This document shows positions 1-7,089 of a DNA stretch of 64,000 nt, piece after piece. The notes under the pieces are model-generated. The model searched no databases and was not told the DNA's origin. It was given only the letters and a program-made list of their open reading frames with translations. The stretch lies in the IMG/VR virus record IMGVR_UViG_3300010883_000006, positions 1 through 64,000 of that record; one strand, given 5' to 3'. Origin of the DNA: a virus. Its lineage: Duplodnaviria > Caudoviricetes. Both the position numbers and the translations under genes were made by a program. How positions within the stretch are numbered: position 1 is the first letter of the stretch; each line of letters starts with the position of its first letter.

Positions 1-226
1 AATCTGATGGCACCCATAGATTTGTTCGGTAGTTGTACAATTTATTTTTTATCTTTTCCATCTTACCACCCTTATTCATTTCTTGCCACTTCTTGTAAAG
101 TGTTTGTGTCTCCACAGACATTTTTTTAAGCATATCTAGATTATCTATAAGGTTTTGTTTTTTCTCTTCAAAGTTAAAATACTCCTCAGCCTTTATAACA
201 TCAAATATTGTTGTTTGTTTATTCAT
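1..226 (-). CDS. Partial CDS (N-terminus only), hypothetical; possibly DUF4338-like
   Basis: Not in ORF track. ATG at 226, open to window edge: MNKQTTIFDVIKAEEYFNFEEKKQNLIDNLDMLKKMSVETQTLYKKWQE. The DUF4338 resemblance is from recollection only. Confidence 0.5.
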   Translation of the reverse strand, partial: MNKQTTIFDVIKAEEYFNFEEKKQNLIDNLDMLKKMSVETQTLYKKWQEMNKGGKMEKIKNKLYNYRTNLWVPSD

Positions 227-227
227 T

Positions 228-347
228 TTATTTTTTATCTATTACATTACCTTCGTCGTCAACTTGAGGTGAGTTAATAGCTTCCCAAACTAACCATATT
301 ACTAAACAAACATAAATTATTATACCAACTATTAACACACTATTCAT
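228..347 (-). CDS. Small single-TM membrane protein (39 aa)
   Basis: Read manually: MNSVLIVGIIIYVCLVIWLVWEAINSPQVDDEGNVIDKK*; packs tightly between neighbouring genes. Confidence 0.55.
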   Translation of the reverse strand: MNSVLIVGIIIYVCLVIWLVWEAINSPQVDDEGNVIDKK

Positions 348-356
348 ATTTTAAAT

Positions 357-548
357 TTAATTAAATAAATTTTTAATGTCAAATATTAAACTTATCACCC
401 CATATACCGCTAATGAGGTAAAAACGGTTATAACCCAAACATAACTATTCCCAAGTTTTTTTGGTGGTTCATCTTTATTAAACTCCATCGCGTTTTTGCT
501 TTTACAACCTTTACACCCCATATTAGTTAAAATTTTCAGAATTAGCAA
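357..548 (-). CDS. Small membrane protein with MGCxxC motif (likely start at MGCKGC)
   Basis: CKGC motif and a C-terminal hydrophobic helix; directly follows dnaJ. Confidence 0.55.
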   Translation of the reverse strand: MLILKILTNMGCKGCKSKNAMEFNKDEPPKKLGNSYVWVITVFTSLAVYGVISLIFDIKNLFN

Positions 549-1494
549 GTTGTTCTAACAACTTTTTTTCTTCTTGGTTTACGACTAGTGGATTTTTTGG
601 TTCGAAGTGAACATATAGGTCACCTATTTCACCACCTGGACCTTTAAACCCTTTTTGGTTTACCATTAAAGCATTTTTATAATTATGGTTAGCTGGTGTA
701 GTTATTTCTATGTCCCCATCAAAGTGTGGTACGTTTATTTTTTTACCTAAGATAAGTTCTATAAAATTAATATCTACATCATAAACTAAGTCCATATTCA
801 TTTTTTTAAACTTGTCATGTGGACTAACTTCTGCAACCACAATTAAATCTCCGGGTATACCACCAAAAATTTCATTACCTTTTCCTTTCATTTTCATAAA
901 CTGACTTGTTTCTATTCCTTTTGGGACAACGAACTTTATAGTTTCTTCTTTAACATTACCCCCATTCATAAAACCACTTGCCCCACAAGAATTACAAGCT
1001 TGTCTAGAAACGTGTTTAAATGGGCCCATACCCATAACTTGTTCTACTACACCGTTACCAGCACATGTTGGACAATTTATGTTGTTACTAGTTCGTCTTC
1101 TTATTTGTATGTTTTTTTCTAAACCAAAATAAGATTCTTCTAGGGATAAATTAACGGTAACTTTTAAATCACCACCTCGTCTACTCATTCTTTGTTGTTG
1201 AAATGGATTTTGTTCCCCTCTTTGACGACTGAAGAATTGTTGGAATATGTCAAATGGGTCTCCTCCTTGTCCACCCCTAAATAGGTCTTCTACACTGTTA
1301 CCCCCACTATCATATTGTGCTTTTTTATCTGGATTACTTAAAATGGAGTAAGCCTCAGAAATTTCTTTGAATCTCTCTTCCCCGTTTGGGTTTTTATCTG
1401 GGTGGTATTGTAAGGACAATTTACGATAAGCTTTTTTAACATCTGCTGATGTACTGTCTTTACTTACCCCCAATATTTCGTAATAATTTTTCAT
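523..1494 (-). CDS. dnaJ: DnaJ (Hsp40) co-chaperone with reduced zinc finger
   Basis: J-domain YYEILGV..KKAYRKL..YHPDKN, G/F-rich linker, two CxxCxxxG motifs, C-terminal GDL..V substrate-binding domain. Confidence 0.95.
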   Translation of the reverse strand: MKNYYEILGVSKDSTSADVKKAYRKLSLQYHPDKNPNGEERFKEISEAYSILSNPDKKAQYDSGGNSVEDLFRGGQGGDPFDIFQQFFSRQRGEQNPFQQQRMSRRGGDLKVTVNLSLEESYFGLEKNIQIRRRTSNNINCPTCAGNGVVEQVMGMGPFKHVSRQACNSCGASGFMNGGNVKEETIKFVVPKGIETSQFMKMKGKGNEIFGGIPGDLIVVAEVSPHDKFKKMNMDLVYDVDINFIELILGKKINVPHFDGDIEITTPANHNYKNALMVNQKGFKGPGGEIGDLYVHFEPKNPLVVNQEEKKLLEQLANSENFN

Positions 1495-2125
1495 GCGTTC
1501 AAATACTTATCATATTATAATTTTTAATAACCATAAAAAGAGAAAGGTTATGTCTACTTCCACTAACTATAGGAATATTAATAGAAAATATAAACAAATT
1601 TTAAAAAAATCAAATGTTATATTCCCAATTAAATTAAATAGGAAAAAAGAATGCATTACTGAATTAGCTTTAGTATGTCAAGGTAGTTGTGAAGATAAGA
1701 CAATACAGAGAAGAGATGACTTGGGTAGGTTGGAGACCGTGTCTTCAGACAACCCCGAGTTTTCAATACTTGACATATGTGAGTTTGACGTGGAGGAAAA
1801 GGTCTACGACCACAAAAGAAAAAAGAGACGATACATACAAGATATTGTAGAGGAATATGTGCCTTCCCAAAATATAGTACAGATATTTAAGTTAAATAAT
1901 AAAATAGTAATACAAAATAATGACCAATATTTTTTATTCAGTTTAAAAAATATAAATGAAGCTTCTCGTCTTTTAGAAAGTTTAAAGGTTTATTTTAAAT
2001 CCATAAACAAATTTAATTGTTTATTTAGTAAAGATTTATCTACCATACACAGAAAAGACATATACAACATATTAGAAAAATATGGTTTTGATAGGAAGTT
2101 ATTATATAAACATTACACTTATTAG
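1493..2125 (+). CDS. Hypothetical basic protein, antisense to the surrounding operon
   Basis: 210-aa ORF exactly filling the gap between two minus-strand genes; no long competing ORF. Confidence 0.7.
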   Translation: MRSNTYHIIIFNNHKKRKVMSTSTNYRNINRKYKQILKKSNVIFPIKLNRKKECITELALVCQGSCEDKTIQRRDDLGRLETVSSDNPEFSILDICEFDVEEKVYDHKRKKRRYIQDIVEEYVPSQNIVQIFKLNNKIVIQNNDQYFLFSLKNINEASRLLESLKVYFKSINKFNCLFSKDLSTIHRKDIYNILEKYGFDRKLLYKHYTY

Positions 2126-2379
2126 ACTTTTATAAATTTGAATTTAACATCTGAAATTTCGATGTTATAAGTTTCTGGTGTTTTACCTAACGTACCAGAC
2201 ACACCTGTGAGTAATTCAATCTCTCTATGTATTTTGTGGTGTAAATAAGTTTCTACCTTAACTTCTATAGATACTTTTTTTAAGTCGAATGGGAAATTTG
2301 AAAATTCATCAGAAATATTAGCAAAATGAGAAAGGTACTCTTCTAATTTATTCCCATCATCTTCTTGATTCTCTTCCAT
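2122..2379 (-). CDS. Hypothetical protein
   Basis: 85-aa ORF in operon context. Confidence 0.6.
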   Translation of the reverse strand: MEENQEDDGNKLEEYLSHFANISDEFSNFPFDLKKVSIEVKVETYLHHKIHREIELLTGVSGTLGKTPETYNIEISDVKFKFIKV

Positions 2380-2531
2380 AGTGTAATTGGTGGTTGAGTG
2401 GTATTTTTAACACCACCCAACTCCCCTGACTTTATTTTATTTATGAAGTGGGTTTTATTCTTCTGAAGGGCCTTCTGGTCCTTCAAGATGTTCTTCTTCA
2501 ACCACCTTACTTCTTTCGGTTCTATTTCCAT
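2343..2531 (-). CDS. Hypothetical small basic protein
   Basis: 62 aa with C-terminal amphipathic TLWKRIKKMMG; overlaps both neighbours. Confidence 0.5.
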   Translation of the reverse strand: MEIEPKEVRWLKKNILKDQKALQKNKTHFINKIKSGELGGVKNTTQPPITLWKRIKKMMGIN

Positions 2532-2952
2532 CTATTTTATTTTCAATATTTTTTAAACCACCTAACCCTAACTCTGTTTCTACATTAAATGAGATTTTTT
2601 TAAGTTCATCTAAACTAAAACTATTAAACATGTTTTCTAACTCCACCTTTTTTTGTGTTAGTAGACTTTTCTTTTCCTCTATCTCTTTATTAACCTTAAT
2701 CACTTCTTCTATCACCCCAACCATAAAGTCTACTGACCCTTCTGACATTGTAGAGAAAAAAGATATTAACCTATATCCTTTTGTGGTATTATCACCATTA
2801 ACTTTAAATGCTACTTTTTCCTGGTGAAGATTTAAAATATTTTCTACTTGCCAATTTATAGGCAATTTTAAGTCCACCACAAAGTACTGTTGATGTTGTC
2901 TGATACTGTGAAACAGTTCACCAAATCTTTTTATTTCATTAAATAACCCCAT
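2455..2952 (-). CDS. Hypothetical protein with coiled coil
   Basis: 165-aa ORF; NKEIEEKKSLLTQKKVELE coiled coil. Confidence 0.7.
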   Translation of the reverse strand: MGLFNEIKRFGELFHSIRQHQQYFVVDLKLPINWQVENILNLHQEKVAFKVNGDNTTKGYRLISFFSTMSEGSVDFMVGVIEEVIKVNKEIEEKKSLLTQKKVELENMFNSFSLDELKKISFNVETELGLGGLKNIENKIDGNRTERSKVVEEEHLEGPEGPSEE

Positions 2953-3131
2953 TAAGTTAGTATGTATGTGAAAAAGTAAGAACAGGAAGCTATAAGTTCT
3001 ACCATTTTTATATCAGATAATACTAGTTTTTTTGGTGGGTTGGAGAATAGGTGTTGTAAAAATAAAATACCGTACCTTAAAATAGTAAAAATAGATAAGA
3101 AAAATAAAAATAATAATAACATATCTATCAT
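2952..3131 (-). CDS. Small two-TM membrane protein (59 aa)
   Basis: Not in ORF track; MIDMLLLFLFFLSIFTILRYGILFLQHLFSNPPKKLVLSDIKMVELIASCSYFFTYILT*; stop overlaps next ATG (TAATG coupling). Confidence 0.6.
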   Translation of the reverse strand: MIDMLLLFLFFLSIFTILRYGILFLQHLFSNPPKKLVLSDIKMVELIASCSYFFTYILT

Positions 3132-3132
3132 C

Positions 3133-3306
3133 TTATTTTTTACCTTCTTCTAAAATTTCTTTTCTTATTGTTTGACATAACGTCTTTATGTCTTGAGCTG
3201 CTTTCCTTGCTCTAATCCCAGCACTTTTGTTACCAGTATCGAAAAATTTTGTAGTGTCTACGGACATTGCCTCTACTACTTCTTTAATTTGTTGTAATGT
3301 TTCCAT
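3133..3306 (-). CDS. Histone H1-like (Hc1-family) small DNA-binding protein, 57 aa
   Basis: Not in ORF track; METLQQIKEVVEAMSVDTTKFFDTGNKSAGIRARKAAQDIKTLCQTIRKEILEEGKK. GNKxAGxRARK is the signature of Bacteroidota Hc1-like proteins. Confidence 0.8.
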   Translation of the reverse strand: METLQQIKEVVEAMSVDTTKFFDTGNKSAGIRARKAAQDIKTLCQTIRKEILEEGKK

Positions 3307-3310
3307 CTTT

Positions 3311-3520
3311 TTATTTTTGTTTTGTTTTGTTTATTTGTTGAAATGACTCCCATAAGTTTATGGTGTTTATCACTTCATTTAATTCTTTCAATGTGGAAAT
3401 ACACATATCCAGCTTTTCTTTATGTGGTATAGTTAGATTGTGTAATGTATCCTCTAACTCTGCCTCTAAATTTAATTTATCTACCAGTAAGGTATTACTT
3501 ATTATCCCAATAATTTTCAT
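3311..3520 (-). CDS. Hypothetical protein
   Basis: 69-aa helical ORF downstream of a predicted promoter. Confidence 0.6.
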   Translation of the reverse strand: MKIIGIISNTLLVDKLNLEAELEDTLHNLTIPHKEKLDMCISTLKELNEVINTINLWESFQQINKTKQK

Positions 3521-3540
3521 TTAATAAACTTTTTATGGAT

Positions 3541-3569
3541 AATATAAGCAGGAAAGGTAAAAAAGTCAA
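3541..3569 (-). promoter_or_regulatory. Sigma70-type promoter TTGACT-N17-TATATT
   Basis: -35 at 3564-3569, -10 at 3541-3546, 17-nt spacer; identical hexamers at 62665-62693. Confidence 0.6.
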
Positions 3570-4033
3570 CTTATAATGTTAGAATATAATAATTTATAAA
3601 TTTCTGTATATATGTCTAATTCTGATTTTGTTTTTCTTCTACCAAATTTAAATAGACTAGAGAAAAATATATCTACTTTTTTAATGTCGAAAGGAGAATC
3701 CTCCCTATAAAATGATTCTTCAAAAAAATGCCAAAAGTAATCATGGTGGTCTCCTAAGGCGTTAAACCTTATATTTTCTTTATTAAAATCTTCTATTACT
3801 TTATTCCAACACCAATTAAAATGATTTATCTTGTCTTCTTCTTCCTTAATTACATCGGCACCCAAATATGTATTATCTACTAAATAATACAAATAAGATA
3901 TAAAATCAAAAAATAGTTCAGAATTTTCTGTTTGGATATTGTTTGCTTTAAACCATAACCTAATATCCCTATCAGCTATTGGCTCTCCAATATATCGTAG
4001 GAACTCATAAGGGGTGTACTTTCTCTTTGCCAT
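3566..4033 (-). CDS. Hypothetical protein
   Basis: 155-aa aromatic-rich ORF (HFNWCWNKV). Confidence 0.7.
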   Translation of the reverse strand: MAKRKYTPYEFLRYIGEPIADRDIRLWFKANNIQTENSELFFDFISYLYYLVDNTYLGADVIKEEEDKINHFNWCWNKVIEDFNKENIRFNALGDHHDYFWHFFEESFYREDSPFDIKKVDIFFSSLFKFGRRKTKSELDIYTEIYKLLYSNIIS

Positions 4034-4070
4034 ATGGAAAGATTACTATAAGATTAACAATAATCAATAA

Positions 4071-5237
4071 TTATTGTGTCTTCTTACCATACCCCATTAA
4101 ATGTTTCATAAATGACATGTCTCTACCAACACTCTCATTTAGAGATGTGTTTTCATTTACCATAGAACATCCTAAAGCTTTTAAAGCTTTTTCCAATTCA
4201 CTTCCACCAAAATCACCAGGAATTCTTTCACATAAACCCTCATCATAAAGATTTTTATAAGCTTCCTTTACTTGTTTTTGTTCTTCTGGTGTAAGACCTT
4301 TACGACCTACTGGTTGTATTGCTGTAAAAAACGCACTCTCGTCTGTACCTACACCATCCATCGCGTCATGTATTTCTTTAGCGATTCTTTCAGCGTTTAT
4401 CCCTTGTACTTCATTTAGATTCATAGAATCATCACCACCACCACAATCACCTTCATGTACTTCACCACAACTTTCACAAACATCAGTTTCTTCAGAAACC
4501 TCTTTAGCTGCTTTTTTCATTGGTTCTTTTGTATCACCATCTTTATCTAAATCTAAGAAATCTGGTTTAGCCTTTTTATCTTCATCCATGTCTTCTTCAT
4601 ATGCTTCAGCTAATGAAGGTCTGTACCCTGGATTTGGGTGTTGTGTCCAATCGTTTGGTACAGCAAAGCCTTCTGGTCCTTTTAGTTTTTTATATTTTCT
4701 TTTCATTGTTTTTTGAATTCTTTCGCCAACTTTATTAGAAACTACATTACCTAGGTCACCCTCTTTGTTGCTTTGAGCATTACCTGTCTCTTGGGAACCA
4801 TCAAGATTTTTTTTAAATCTTTCACTAAATTCAGCTGATGGTTCAGTACCATATTCTAAATCTTCTAGTCCACCCCCTCTCCAATCGTCAATGTAGTCTT
4901 CTTGTTCAGTGTTATTTCTATACATAGGGGATTTGTAATCTGTTTTAGAGTTATTTTGGTTTGGAAACTCAGGATTACTATTATTTTTAATGTTTAAGTA
5001 ATCTTTAAGTTTAGTAGCCACAGCGTCCATAGCTGCTTTATTTTGAGCACCACCTGTTTTTAATACTTTATCTGTTACAGCTTTTCCTGGAAAGTTTTGA
5101 CTATCTTTTTTCATCTTTTCATTTAAACGAGACTTTAATTTAGACATTTTTTGTGCCTTCACAATCTTTGGTCTTGCAACTGACTCAAGAATCTTATCTA
5201 ATTCTCTAGAAGCTTTTTGTTTACTTAATTTTTTCAT
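4071..5237 (-). CDS. Putative head-internal protein with DxDxDG motif, CxxC-x3-H-x3-C motif and annexin repeat
   Basis: PDFLDLDKDGDTKEPMKKA; CESCGEVHEGDC; AMDGVGTDE...VKEAYKNLY...GDFGGSELEKALKAL; several L/V-x-E sites; ATATTTATA upstream. Confidence 0.65.
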   Translation of the reverse strand: MKKLSKQKASRELDKILESVARPKIVKAQKMSKLKSRLNEKMKKDSQNFPGKAVTDKVLKTGGAQNKAAMDAVATKLKDYLNIKNNSNPEFPNQNNSKTDYKSPMYRNNTEQEDYIDDWRGGGLEDLEYGTEPSAEFSERFKKNLDGSQETGNAQSNKEGDLGNVVSNKVGERIQKTMKRKYKKLKGPEGFAVPNDWTQHPNPGYRPSLAEAYEEDMDEDKKAKPDFLDLDKDGDTKEPMKKAAKEVSEETDVCESCGEVHEGDCGGGDDSMNLNEVQGINAERIAKEIHDAMDGVGTDESAFFTAIQPVGRKGLTPEEQKQVKEAYKNLYDEGLCERIPGDFGGSELEKALKALGCSMVNENTSLNESVGRDMSFMKHLMGYGKKTQ

Positions 5238-5250
5238 TTTTCTTTTTTTA

Positions 5251-5259
5251 TATAAATAT
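5251..5259 (-). promoter_or_regulatory. ATATTTATA putative phage promoter
   Basis: 13 nt upstream of ATG 5237; recurring motif. Confidence 0.6.
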
Positions 5260-5266
5260 ACCTTAT

Positions 5267-6103
5267 TTACCCTTCGTACTTAGGTTTATTACCTTTCATA
5301 GTGTAAAGTTTACCTATCGGTAGGTTCATCTTTGCATTACCGACTAAATTAGTTATTGGGGACTTGTAGAAACCTTTTCTGATTATCTCCTCAATGTCTC
5401 TTTTACTGTATTTTTTTACCCTATCTTTAGCTTGTTTTCTTAGTTTTTTACCAGTTTCACTATCTTCTAATTCTTTTAGTATTATGTTTTTTAAATAGTT
5501 AACCGATTTACCAGTTTTTTTACATATGGTATTAATAGCCTCTTTTAATGTAGTGTCTTCGTAAAATTCTAAAGAATTAATGTCTCCTTGGTTACAATAT
5601 GGGAATTTTTTACATTTGTCTTTAACTTTAACAAAGGTAGAACCTGGCCCACCGTACTTAGGAAAGTTAGGGTCGTTAACGGCTCTCCAATTCTTTTTAT
5701 TCTTTGCCCAAATTGCTGGACCTTCAAATGAACCAGAAGACGATGCCCCTGTTACTTCATCCAACTCTTCTTCATCTTCTTGTTCTTGTTCTGAAAGTTT
5801 AGCAAATTCTTTAAGGTAATTTTTAGCCATATCTTCTATTGTTGAACTTTTTGTTTTAACTGCCTTTGTTTTCTTTGGTTTAAACTGACCTCCAAAAGGT
5901 GAACCGTATGCTCCAGATGAAGAAGCTCCAGTAACTTCTTCCACATCTTCTTCATCTTCCTTCATATCGGCAGATTGCATACCTTTATTAAAAGAATGCA
6001 AATCTTTCCCTTTTAAGCCTACAGATAAAGATTTAGCAACATCATCTAAACCATCTTTTGCTTGTTTTTTATATTTTTCTATTTGATTCGGTCCTGTATC
6101 CAT
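5267..6103 (-). CDS. Acidic putative head-associated protein with two EVTGASSSG repeats
   Basis: EEVTGASSSGAYGSP and DEVTGASSSGSFEGP after acidic tracts; KCKKFPYCNQG motif. Confidence 0.6.
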   Translation of the reverse strand: MDTGPNQIEKYKKQAKDGLDDVAKSLSVGLKGKDLHSFNKGMQSADMKEDEEDVEEVTGASSSGAYGSPFGGQFKPKKTKAVKTKSSTIEDMAKNYLKEFAKLSEQEQEDEEELDEVTGASSSGSFEGPAIWAKNKKNWRAVNDPNFPKYGGPGSTFVKVKDKCKKFPYCNQGDINSLEFYEDTTLKEAINTICKKTGKSVNYLKNIILKELEDSETGKKLRKQAKDRVKKYSKRDIEEIIRKGFYKSPITNLVGNAKMNLPIGKLYTMKGNKPKYEG

Positions 6104-6104
6104 T

Positions 6105-6362
6105 TTACGTTACTCTTTTTACTTGGTTCTCCCAGAAACTTCTTCTTAACCAAAAAGTTCTATATAGTTCTACTATAGCTTTGGTTGCGACATCGGCCAT
6201 CATTTCTCTATTTAATTTAGTTAGGTTACCACCTTTCTTTCTAAACTCTTTTTCAATGATGTCAACTACTTCTTTTTCAGCCTTAGTCTGTTTAAGAAAA
6301 GACTTCATCTCTTTTCTTATTAAAGTTTCTATTTGTTTTTTATCTGTAGCGGTTAAAGCCAT
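6105..6362 (-). CDS. Hypothetical protein
   Basis: 85-aa ORF preceded by ATATTTATA. Confidence 0.65.
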   Translation of the reverse strand: MALTATDKKQIETLIRKEMKSFLKQTKAEKEVVDIIEKEFRKKGGNLTKLNREMMADVATKAIVELYRTFWLRRSFWENQVKRVT

Positions 6363-6378
6363 AGGTTAAATCTTTTAC

Positions 6379-6387
6379 TATAAATAT
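6379..6387 (-). promoter_or_regulatory. ATATTTATA putative phage promoter
   Basis: 16 nt upstream of ATG 6362. Confidence 0.6.
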
Positions 6388-6403
6388 ACGAAACACGTAG
6401 AAT

Positions 6404-6778
6404 CTACTGTATTTTATCTAATACAATAGCGGCTGTGGTAATTGTAGCAGCTCCTAAGAAAAAATGTATAACTGGTTTATTATACCATTTTGGCCTTAAC
6501 TCCTTTGTTAAGTCTATGTAAAGGTCTATTCTTTGGTTTAATAACTCTGTTTTATTAAGCATGAAACCCAGTTCTAAACTATCTAAAGTGTGTAGTCTCT
6601 CGTATTGTGTTAGTTTTTTTTCTAGTAGAGTAATTTCTAACTTTTGTAAACTGTTAGTTTGTTCATACACTTGGAATAGTGAGTCTATCTCCACCACTTC
6701 TTTTTCCGTAAATGTGGTTGTTTGTGAAAATGACCAAACTGGGACCAATAACATTAAAATTAATATTAACTTTTTCAT
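6404..6778 (-). CDS. Exported protein: Sec signal peptide, coiled coil, C-terminal TM (spanin-like candidate)
   Basis: MKKLILILMLLVPVWSFS|Q; heptad-rich core; KWYNKPVIHFFLGAATITTAAIVL tail. Confidence 0.6.
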   Translation of the reverse strand: MKKLILILMLLVPVWSFSQTTTFTEKEVVEIDSLFQVYEQTNSLQKLEITLLEKKLTQYERLHTLDSLELGFMLNKTELLNQRIDLYIDLTKELRPKWYNKPVIHFFLGAATITTAAIVLDKIQ

Positions 6779-7089
6779 TTTTTCTTTAGTCTTTTTTTAA
6801 TAGCTAGTGTGGCTTTTCTCGGGTTCTTATTTTTAACCACTGGTTTTTTCTTTTTAAGTTCTTTTAACTCCCTATTAGTATCAGCGATTTTCTTTTTTGT
6901 AGATTTCTTTTTCTTTTTAATGTACTTTATCTTACCATCAACTTCTGAGGTTTTAGTTTCATTACTTTTAATATTCTTTTTAATCTTCTTAACCTTTCTA
7001 CTTGAGTTGGCGTTCATCATCCAAACCAACCCAACAAAAAAACCAATAGCTCCAACTATATACTTCCAAGATTCTTTAATAAATTTCAT
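6775..7089 (-). CDS. N-terminal TM plus Lys-rich coiled-coil protein (i-spanin-like candidate)
   Basis: WKYIVGAIGFFVGLVWMM followed by a basic coiled coil; 4-nt overlap with the next gene. Confidence 0.55.
   Translation of the reverse strand: MKFIKESWKYIVGAIGFFVGLVWMMNANSSRKVKKIKKNIKSNETKTSEVDGKIKYIKKKKKSTKKKIADTNRELKELKKKKPVVKNKNPRKATLAIKKRLKKK

Noticed and set aside
523-5237. Eukaryotic or giant-virus origin suggested by annexin, DnaJ and histone-like genes
   Set aside because: Sigma70, gp25/wedge baseplate, gp32, amidase and operon-style coupling indicate a bacteriophage.
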